A stretch of 33,572 bases of DNA, taken from positions 1 to 33,572 of the forward strand of contig JAFDBA010000002.1 of the NCBI GenBank assembly GCA_019313505.1, in the 5' to 3' direction. Made by a program: the position numbers and the translations under genes. Below, one piece after another: positions 26,066 to 33,572 of this stretch. Below the pieces are notes generated by a model. The model had not been told where the DNA came from. It saw only the letters and a list, made by a program, of their open reading frames with translations, and did not search any database. This stretch comes from Deltaproteobacteria bacterium (lineage in GTDB: Bacteria > Desulfobacterota > Desulfobacteria > Desulfobacterales > UBA11574). The stretch's first letter is position 1; each line of letters starts with the position of its first letter.

Positions 26066-27529
26066 ATGATAAGAATACCACCTGAAGAGGCCTTTTCTTT
26101 TGACGATGTTTTGTTGCTGCCGGGCTATTCCGATGTTTTGCCCCGAGATGTTGATACCAGTACCCGATTGACAAGAAACATTAAATTAAGCATTCCCATT
26201 GTCAGCGCCGCTATGGATACCGTAACAGAGGCTCACACCGCAATAAGTATGGCACGCGAAGGTGGAATCGGTTTTATACACCGCAATATAAGCATAACAA
26301 GCCAGGTTGTTGAGGTTGACAGGGTTAAAAAATCTGAAAGCGGCATGATAGTCGATCCGGTAACGATTCATCCTGATCAGCTTGTTCATGAGGTATTGAA
26401 ACTGATGGGAAAATATCGCATTTCCGGAGTTCCGGTTACAAAAGGAGATCGACTTGTAGGTATTGTGACAAACAGGGATCTAAGATTTGAAACAGATCTT
26501 GAAAAGAAAGTTTCTGAAGTCATGACCAAAGAAAATCTTATTACGGTTTCAGAGGGAATTACACTGGAAGACTCAAAGAAACTGCTGCATAAACACAGGA
26601 TAGAAAAGCTCCTTGTGGTTGATGACAAAAGGCGACTGATAGGAATGATAACCATAAAAGATATTGAAAAGATAAAAAAATATCCGAACGCTTGCAAGGA
26701 TAGTATGGGAAGACTAAGAGTCGGGGCCGCTATAGGGGTCGGCACTGACATGGAAGAACGTGCAGAAGCACTTCTGAAGGCGGGAGCCGATGTTATCTTA
26801 ATTGATACATCTCACGGACATTCAAAAAACGTACTTAATGCTGTAGAAATTTTAAAAAATAACTTCAAGGAAATTGAGCTGATCGCCGGAAATGTGGGTA
26901 CGGCAAAGGGAGCTGAAGCCCTTGTTAAGGCCGGTGTGGACGGAGTTAAGATCGGAATTGGACCCGGTTCCATCTGTACCACTCGTGTTGTTGCGGGTGT
27001 TGGTGTACCTCAGATTACCGCAATCATGAACTGCGAGTCGGTATATAACAAAACAGGTGTTCCCTTGATTGCTGATGGCGGTATTAAATTTTCAGGTGAT
27101 ATTACAAAAGCCGTGGCCGCAGGTGCTCATGTGATAATGATTGGCGGTCTTCTGGCAGGAACCGAGGAGAGTCCGGGTGAGTTGGTCATTTTTCAGGGTC
27201 GCAGCTATAAGGCTTACAGAGGAATGGGATCCATAGAAGCCATGCGAAAAGGGAGCAAGGACAGATACTATCAAGGTGAAGATGTCTACGGCGACAAGCT
27301 GGTTCCGGAAGGTATTGTGGGCCGTGTGCCCTATAGAGGAAGTCTTTCCGACAATATTTTCCAGCTTATTGGAGGGCTAAAGGCAGGCATGGGATATGTG
27401 GGATGCCGAAATTTGGATGAGCTCAGGGAAAAAGCTCGCTTCATAAAGATCAGCGCAGCAGGTATGCGTGAAAGTCATGTTCATGACGTGATTATTACCA
27501 AAGAGGCACCGAATTATCGTCTCGATTAG
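26066..27529 (+). CDS. guaB: IMP dehydrogenase
   Basis: [19 protein letters not shown] pair, [22 protein letters not shown] and ESHVHD motifs. Confidence 0.97.
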   Translation: MIRIPPEEAFSFDDVLLLPGYSDVLPRDVDTSTRLTRNIKLSIPIVSAAMDTVTEAHTAISMAREGGIGFIHRNISITSQVVEVDRVKKSESGMIVDPVTIHPDQLVHEVLKLMGKYRISGVPVTKGDRLVGIVTNRDLRFETDLEKKVSEVMTKENLITVSEGITLEDSKKLLHKHRIEKLLVVDDKRRLIGMITIKDIEKIKKYPNACKDSMGRLRVGAAIGVGTDMEERAEALLKAGADVILIDTSHGHSKNVLNAVEILKNNFKEIELIAGNVGTAKGAEALVKAGVDGVKIGIGPGSICTTRVVAGVGVPQITAIMNCESVYNKTGVPLIADGGIKFSGDITKAVAAGAHVIMIGGLLAGTEESPGELVIFQGRSYKAYRGMGSIEAMRKGSKDRYYQGEDVYGDKLVPEGIVGRVPYRGSLSDNIFQLIGGLKAGMGYVGCRNLDELREKARFIKISAAGMRESHVHDVIITKEAPNYRLD

Positions 27530-27552
27530 CCTCCAATTATGCAAAATAAACA

Positions 27553-30500
27553 ATGACAGAAACCACATCTAATTTCGTACATCTTCATGTTCATACCCAG
27601 TACAGTCTTCTGGATGGAGCCATCAGGATCGATCCGCTTTTAAAGCGTGTAGCAGATTTTGGCATGGACTCAGTGGCTATCACCGATCATGGCACCATGT
27701 TCGGAGCCATGACCTTTTATGAAAAGGCTAATAGAGCCGGAATAAAACCGATTATCGGGTGCGAATGTTATCTGGCTCCGGGACGTCTTACGGAGAAAAC
27801 CCCCCTTGATAAAAGGGGCCTTTCCCATTTGATCCTTCTGGCTGAGAATCAGGAAGGATATCGGAATCTTTGCAAACTGGCCACCATTGCCCAGCTCAAG
27901 GGATTTTATTACAAACCACGCATCGATAAAGAAGTTCTAAAACAACACATCAAAGGGCTTATCGGCTTTTCAGCATGTCTGCACGGTGAGATCCCCAGGC
28001 TGATTCAGAAAGGCCGAATAGATCAGGCTGATGAAGCAGCCCTCTTTTACCTAAAAGTTTTTGGTGAAGGGAATTTTTTCTTAGAAGTTCAAAATAACGG
28101 TATCGATATACAGGAAAAAGTGAACCAGGCCCTTTTGGATATGAGCAAAAGGCTTTCCATCCCCCTGGTTGCCAGCAACGATTGTCATTATCTCGACAAA
28201 GAAGATGTTCGTGCTCACGATGTGCTTTTGTGCATCCAGACAGGAAAGACCGTTCATGATACGGATAGGCTAAAGTTTAGAACCGATCAGCTCTATTTAA
28301 AATCAAAAGCCGAAATGTATTCAGCTTTCAAGGATTATCCGGGTGCTCTTGAGAATACTGTGAATATAGCCGGACGCTGCAATATAGAATTCGACTTTAA
28401 CTCATATCACTTCCCTAAATTTAAAACCTCACCCGGAGAAACTGTTGATAAGGTTTTTAAACAAAAGGTAAGGGATGGGTTTGAGTCAATATTCCAACGG
28501 GTAAAAACAAAGAATCCAGATGTTGATAAAAAGCTTTATGTTGATCGTATCGAAAAAGAGATTACTGTTATCAATTCCATGGGCTTTTCAGGGTATTTTT
28601 TAATTGTAGCCGATTTTATCCGCTATGCCAAAGAGAACAATATTCCTGTTGGACCCGGCAGGGGCTCTGTGGCGGGAAGCCTTGTTTCTTATTCCCTTGG
28701 AATCACAGACCTTGATCCGATTGAGCATGGTCTTATCTTTGAACGCTTTTTAAACCCGGCTCGTAAAAGCATGCCGGACATCGATGTCGACTTTTGTATA
28801 AACGGCAGGGAAGAAGTCTTTAAGTATGTGGCGGAAAAATACGGCGGCGGCGATTTTGTTGCCCAGATTATCACATTCGGAAAACTAAAAACCAGGGCCG
28901 TAATTCGTGATGTTGGCCGGGCGTTAGATATACCCCTTTACGAGGTGGACGCTATTGCCAAAATGGTGCCCGATGTCTTGAACATAAGTCTTGACGCTGC
29001 GCTTGAACAGGAACCTCGGATTAAGAATCTGGCTAAAAACAAACCGGAAGTCGCCAATCTTATCAACATCTGCCGTACACTGGAAGGACTCCCGCGACAT
29101 GCCTCAACCCATGCTGCCGGCGTTGTGATTGCGGACAAGCCTCTGGTGGAATATCTACCGCTATACAAAGGTAAAAAAGGCGAGGTTGTTACCCAGTTCG
29201 ATATGAAATGTGTGGAGAAGATCGGGCTGATTAAGTTTGATTTTCTGGGGCTTCGCAACCTGACGGTCATCGCAAATACGCTTAAGCTTATCGTAGCACA
29301 AGGCGGAACTCCCCCTGATCTTACAAACCTCGATTTAAACGATCCTGCCACCTATCATCTTCTTGAATCCGGCAAGTCCACCGGTGTGTTCCAACTGGAA
29401 AGTTCAGGCATGAAAGATCTGCTGGTAAGATTGAGGCCGGAAAGCTTTGATGATATCATCGCACTGGTTGCGCTTTACCGCCCCGGCCCCCTTGACAGCG
29501 GAATGGTGGATGACTTTGTGGACAGAAAACACGGTAAAAAGACAGTTGAGTATCTTGTACCACAGCTCGAACCGATTCTGAAAGAGACTTACGGGGTTGT
29601 CGTCTATCAGGAGCAGGTGATGAAGATTGCCGGGGATCTGGCAAATTTTTCCATGGCCGAGGCTGATGATCTTCGAAAAGCCATGGGTAAAAAAATCCCG
29701 GAGATTCTGGCCAAACACAGAGAGCGTTTCATGCAGGGGGCGGCGGACAATGGAATCCCATCTGACAAAGCCGGGAAGATATTTTATTTCATGGAAAAAT
29801 TCGGGGGATATGGATTCAACAAGTCCCATAGCGCCGCATATTCAATGATAGCATATCAGACAGCTTTTCTAAAAGCTCACTTCCCGGTGGAGTTCATGGC
29901 TTCATTGCTTACAAGCGAAATGCATTCCACTGATGGGGTTGTAAAATATATTGCCGAATGCCGCAGTCAGGGTATTGAAGTTCTTCCTCCTGATATCAAC
30001 GAAAGCGGCAAGGAATTTACCGTAACCGGTTCGAAAATAATATTCGGACTGGTTGCTGTTAAGAACGTGGGTGAAAACGCCATCGAATCTATCGTCGAAG
30101 CCAGAAATGAAGGGGGAAAATTTTCTTCGCTTTTTGAATTCTGTGAACGCATCGATCTGAAAAAGGTTAACAAACGTGTTGTCGAGAGTCTTATTAAATG
30201 TGGTGCCTTCGATTCCACCGGAGATTACCGCTCCCGGATGACGGCTTCCATGGATGATATTTTCGATTATGGTCAACGGGTTCAGAAAGAAAGATCGGAT
30301 CCACAGATGGGTTTGTTTGACATGCCTGGAAACAGTATGGCCATTAACTTGCCCAACCTGCCCGAAATCGATGAATGGAGTGAAAAACAGCTTTTAGCAC
30401 TTGAAAAGGAATCTCTCGGTTTTTATATCACCGGACATCCTTTGAGCGGTCATGAAGATATTCTGGAAAATTTTACCAATGCAAACTCGGCCGAGCTCAA

Positions 30501-31041
30501 AGAGAAAAAAGATGGTGAAACCGTAAGAATAGGTGGAATAGTCAGAAATTCGAAAACCATAAAGACCAAAAAAAAAGGGGATTTGATGGCCTTTGTTACC
30601 CTGGAGGACCTCCATGGATCTGTTGAAGCTACAGTATTTTCTTCACTTTATGCAAAAGTTAATAAACTTTTAAGCGATGACAATCCAATCCTTGTCCAGG
30701 GACAGCTGCAAAAGAACGAAAACTCGGTAAAAATTTTGGCAGACACGATCATACCGATTAATAAGGCCGAGGAGACGTGGACTGCAAGCGTCCATTTTAA
30801 TCTGGACATAACCCGCACACAAAAAGAGTTGCTTATTCAATTAAAAGAGATTTTTAAAAACCATCCGGGTTCCTGTCGAGCATATATTCACCTGCTGAAC
30901 CCTGATAAAACAGATACGATTGTTGCACTTTCTGACTCTATGAAATTAAGGCCCGGTCTGCCGCTGACCAGTGAGGTTAATCGATTATTAGGCTATAATG
31001 CTGTGGAAACAGATTGCAGGCCTGCTGTGTCGTCGGGCTGA
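27553..31041 (+). CDS. dnaE: DNA polymerase III alpha subunit
   Basis: PHP domain HLHVHTQYSLLDG; GPGRGS, PDIDVD, HAAG, KFDFLG, YGFNKSH; OB fold. Normal length, so no intein. Confidence 0.97.
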   Translation: MTETTSNFVHLHVHTQYSLLDGAIRIDPLLKRVADFGMDSVAITDHGTMFGAMTFYEKANRAGIKPIIGCECYLAPGRLTEKTPLDKRGLSHLILLAENQEGYRNLCKLATIAQLKGFYYKPRIDKEVLKQHIKGLIGFSACLHGEIPRLIQKGRIDQADEAALFYLKVFGEGNFFLEVQNNGIDIQEKVNQALLDMSKRLSIPLVASNDCHYLDKEDVRAHDVLLCIQTGKTVHDTDRLKFRTDQLYLKSKAEMYSAFKDYPGALENTVNIAGRCNIEFDFNSYHFPKFKTSPGETVDKVFKQKVRDGFESIFQRVKTKNPDVDKKLYVDRIEKEITVINSMGFSGYFLIVADFIRYAKENNIPVGPGRGSVAGSLVSYSLGITDLDPIEHGLIFERFLNPARKSMPDIDVDFCINGREEVFKYVAEKYGGGDFVAQIITFGKLKTRAVIRDVGRALDIPLYEVDAIAKMVPDVLNISLDAALEQEPRIKNLAKNKPEVANLINICRTLEGLPRHASTHAAGVVIADKPLVEYLPLYKGKKGEVVTQFDMKCVEKIGLIKFDFLGLRNLTVIANTLKLIVAQGGTPPDLTNLDLNDPATYHLLESGKSTGVFQLESSGMKDLLVRLRPESFDDIIALVALYRPGPLDSGMVDDFVDRKHGKKTVEYLVPQLEPILKETYGVVVYQEQVMKIAGDLANFSMAEADDLRKAMGKKIPEILAKHRERFMQGAADNGIPSDKAGKIFYFMEKFGGYGFNKSHSAAYSMIAYQTAFLKAHFPVEFMASLLTSEMHSTDGVVKYIAECRSQGIEVLPPDINESGKEFTVTGSKIIFGLVAVKNVGENAIESIVEARNEGGKFSSLFEFCERIDLKKVNKRVVESLIKCGAFDSTGDYRSRMTASMDDIFDYGQRVQKERSDPQMGLFDMPGNSMAINLPNLPEIDEWSEKQLLALEKESLGFYITGHPLSGHEDILENFTNANSAELKEKKDGETVRIGGIVRNSKTIKTKKKGDLMAFVTLEDLHGSVEATVFSSLYAKVNKLLSDDNPILVQGQLQKNENSVKILADTIIPINKAEETWTASVHFNLDITRTQKELLIQLKEIFKNHPGSCRAYIHLLNPDKTDTIVALSDSMKLRPGLPLTSEVNRLLGYNAVETDCRPAVSSG

Positions 31042-31043
31042 AA

Positions 31044-31190
31044 CCTAAACTGGACAAACGGTAAAAGTGACTAAAGTGAACTAAAGTTTGAAGTGACTAA
31101 AGTTAAGGTGTCGCTTCTCTCCATTTATTCATATAAAAATTGACGGAATTCCAAAATGTTAGACATTTTAGATCACTTCACACTTTATTT
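31044..31190. repeat. Degenerate repeat element: family A end plus short CTAAAGT iterations
   Basis: 31044-31075 matches 21367-21398 at 27/32. It is followed by gactaaagt/gaactaaagt/gactaaagt, with partially inverted counterparts (acattttag, cacttc, cacttta) near 31163-31188. Confidence 0.55.
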
Positions 31191-31261
31191 AAGTTGAAAA
31201 ATATCTTCCATCAAAAGCACAAAATGGAAGATTTTTCAAAGGTCTGGAGACATAATTCACA

Positions 31262-32404
31262 ATGAAAGTACCTCTGCTTGATTTAAAAAAACAGTATAAA
31301 TCTATTAAGGAAGAAATTTTAAAGGTTGCTGAGGAAATCTTTGAAAGCCAGTATTTTATCCTGGGTCCACGGGTCGAGGCCCTTGAAAAAGAGATTGCCG
31401 GTTATTGTTCTTCAAAGCATGCCGTGGGAGTTTCATCCGGAACCGACGCCCTTTTAATTTCGCTGATGGCAGCTGATATCGGCTCTCAACACACTGTTAT
31501 AACAACTCCTTATACTTTTTTTGCCACCGCAGGGTCCATATTTCGTACAGGCGCAAGGCCGATTTTTGTCGATATTGACCCTGACACGTATAATATTTCA
31601 CCTGAAAGCCTGGAAAGTGTAATCGCTGCCATGACCGGTAAAGAGCTGGCAAGGCTTAAGGCAGTCATGCCTGTTCATCTGTATGGCCAATGTGCCGACA
31701 TGGATCCGATCTTAAAGATTGCCAAGGAATATAATCTTTTTGTTATTGAGGATGCCGCACAGGCCATCGGAGCGGAATACCGGGGAAGGCGGGCAGGAGC
31801 AATGGGCGATTTTGGCTGCTTCTCTTTTTTCCCATCTAAAAACCTTGGTGCTTTTGGAGACGGAGGGATAGTCACAACCGGCTCAGATGAGCTATATGAC
31901 AAATTGCGCATTCTTCGGGTTCATGGTTCCCATCCAAAGTATTATCATAAATTAGCCGGCGGTAACTTCAGACTGGACGCGTTCCAGGCCGCGGTTGTTT
32001 CCGTAAAACTAAAACACCTTGACAAATGGACAAAAGGTCGCCGGGAGAACGCAAATAAATACAGAGAACTTTTTGCAAATGCGGGCATAGATGATGTAAT
32101 TAAGCTCCCGGTTGAAAAGGAAGACCGTCATATATACAATCAGTTTGTAATATGCGTAAAGGATAAAAGAGACGATCTTCGATTGTTTTTAAATGATGTC
32201 GGAGTGGGAACTGAAATTTACTATCCGATTCCCATGCACCTTCAGGAATGCTTTTTATCTCTCAATTACAAAAATGGTGATTTCCCCATGGCCGAGTATG
32301 CGGCATTGCATACCCTGGCCCTTCCTATATATCCCGAACTTTCTGACGACCAGCTTGCATATGTGGTAGAAAAGATTGCAGCCTTCTTTGAAATTAAAGG
32401 ATAA
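31262..32404 (+). CDS. DegT/DnrJ/EryC1/StrS-family PLP-dependent nucleotide-sugar aminotransferase
   Basis: SSGTDAL, TFFATA, VHLYGQ, IEDAAQA and SFFPSKNLG..GDGG motifs. Confidence 0.93.
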   Translation: MKVPLLDLKKQYKSIKEEILKVAEEIFESQYFILGPRVEALEKEIAGYCSSKHAVGVSSGTDALLISLMAADIGSQHTVITTPYTFFATAGSIFRTGARPIFVDIDPDTYNISPESLESVIAAMTGKELARLKAVMPVHLYGQCADMDPILKIAKEYNLFVIEDAAQAIGAEYRGRRAGAMGDFGCFSFFPSKNLGAFGDGGIVTTGSDELYDKLRILRVHGSHPKYYHKLAGGNFRLDAFQAAVVSVKLKHLDKWTKGRRENANKYRELFANAGIDDVIKLPVEKEDRHIYNQFVICVKDKRDDLRLFLNDVGVGTEIYYPIPMHLQECFLSLNYKNGDFPMAEYAALHTLALPIYPELSDDQLAYVVEKIAAFFEIKG

Positions 32405-32410
32405 ATTCGG

Positions 32411-33349
32411 TTATAATTTTTCAAGAATATCCCCTATATCACGGGGAATGGTGGCTTCAAAAGAAAGGGTCTTTTGGTTTGCAGGATGGGTGAATTCAAG
32501 GCGCCAGGCATGCAGCATCTGCCTTGAAACTGATCTAAACAGATCATATGCGGCGTTTTTTCTATACTTACGACCGCCGTACACCGGATCACCGACAACC
32601 GGATGCTTGATGGCGGCACAGTGAACCCTGATCTGGTGAGTTCGCCCTGTTTTTAGACCAAGCTCAACCAGGGTAGCCAGGTCAAAACGTTTCCTGACTT
32701 GCCACGTTGTCTCGGCTGTGCGACTTTTTCTGCTATGTGTCGACATCTTTTTTCTGTGAACAGGATGCCGACCGATGGGAAGTGAAACCGTGCCTGAATC
32801 AGATTCCATCCTACCATAAACAAGGGCCAGATACTTCTTTTTAACCCTTCTCGATTTGAACTGTTCCGCCAGACTATGATGTGCCGCAGAATTTTTGGCA
32901 ATCACCATCACGCCGGACGTGTCCTTGTCGAGTCTGTGTACAATCCCAGGCCTCAACTCTTGACCGACCCCTGCAAGCTCCGGACAACGATAAAGAAGAG
33001 CATTCAACAAAGTCCCGCTATAGTGGCCCGGTGCAGGGTATACCACAATCCCCGGCTGCTTGTTTACAACTATAATATCATCGTCTTGGTACAGGATGTC
33101 AATGGGAATAGGCTCGGGGTTAAACAATACCGGTTCAGGAGGGGAAATGGTGCCACAAATCTCATCACCTGTCCTTACCCGATATCCGGGCTTCTTTTCC
33201 ACTCCCTGAACCCTAATTTTTCCATTTCGGATCAGGTTTGCAGCAACAGAACGGGAACAACCTGAAATTCGGGATGCCACTAACAGATCCATGCGTTTTC
33301 CCGAATCAGATACATCAACAAAAATTGTAAAGGCACTTGGGTTGTGCAT
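32411..33349 (-). CDS. rluD: RluA-family 23S rRNA pseudouridine synthase with S4 domain
   Basis: N-terminal S4 domain; NKQPG, GIVHRLDKDTSG, TGRTHQIRVH, GDPVYG and LHA motifs. Confidence 0.9.
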   Translation of the reverse strand: MHNPSAFTIFVDVSDSGKRMDLLVASRISGCSRSVAANLIRNGKIRVQGVEKKPGYRVRTGDEICGTISPPEPVLFNPEPIPIDILYQDDDIIVVNKQPGIVVYPAPGHYSGTLLNALLYRCPELAGVGQELRPGIVHRLDKDTSGVMVIAKNSAAHHSLAEQFKSRRVKKKYLALVYGRMESDSGTVSLPIGRHPVHRKKMSTHSRKSRTAETTWQVRKRFDLATLVELGLKTGRTHQIRVHCAAIKHPVVGDPVYGGRKYRKNAAYDLFRSVSRQMLHAWRLEFTHPANQKTLSFEATIPRDIGDILEKL

Positions 33350-33368
33350 ATTTTAAAAAGGCGGGTTG

Positions 33369-33572
33369 TTAGTCGGAATTATCCGCACTTTCGGGTTTTT
33401 TAGGGGGGAAAAGCAACTCCATCTCTGAAATAATAGTCTGTTCATCGGTATTACTGGCCGTGGAAAGCTCCATTACCAGCAGGGTTTGGGCAGTATCATA
33501 AAGCTTGCGTTCACCAAAGGAAAGATCCTTTGTTAATTTCAGCAAAGAAAGGTCCCTGTAGACCTCGGCCAC
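33369..33572 (-). CDS. CarD/CdnL-family RNA polymerase-binding regulator, C-terminal part (5' end outside window)
   Basis: AEVYRDL...KDLSFGERKLYDTA..LLV.ELS is the CarD C-terminal signature. Confidence 0.85.
   Translation of the reverse strand: MAEVYRDLSLLKLTKDLSFGERKLYDTAQTLLVMELSTASNTDEQTIISEMELLFPPKKPESADNSD

Noticed and set aside
27553-31041. Intein or split dnaE
   Set aside because: Length and motif spacing are normal, with no intein splice motifs.

Overview
A 33.6 kb bacterial chromosomal segment, most likely from an anaerobic Desulfobacterota (Desulfobacterales-like) organism. This is inferred from the Desulfovibrio-type metal-lid adenylate kinase, the 2-oxoacid:ferredoxin oxidoreductase operon and the repeat families. 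Most of it is housekeeping: priA (truncated at the left edge and missing from the ORF track), adk, rpsU, folC, tRNA-Arg(CCG), a four-subunit Vor/Kor-type oxidoreductase preceded by a P-loop ATPase, hisC-cmk-rpsA-sppA, a YrdC/YciO protein, guaB, dnaE, a DegT aminotransferase, rluD and a partial CarD. The most unusual part is an accessory block at about 4.0-12.4 kb. It holds a tightly spaced minus-strand operon of FlK-type thioesterase, ADP-forming acyl-CoA ligase, putative amidoligase (COOH-NH2 ligase) and two paralogous class II (Ntn) amidotransferases, one with a remodelled active site. An orphan LivG/LivF ATPase pair, a second thioesterase and a secreted alpha/beta hydrolase flank it. Other notable points are an IMPase/SuhB homologue lacking key catalytic residues, a ribosomal protein S1 with a repeat-expanded acidic N-terminal tail, and several families of MITE-like intergenic repeats in full-length, collapsed and solo-end forms.
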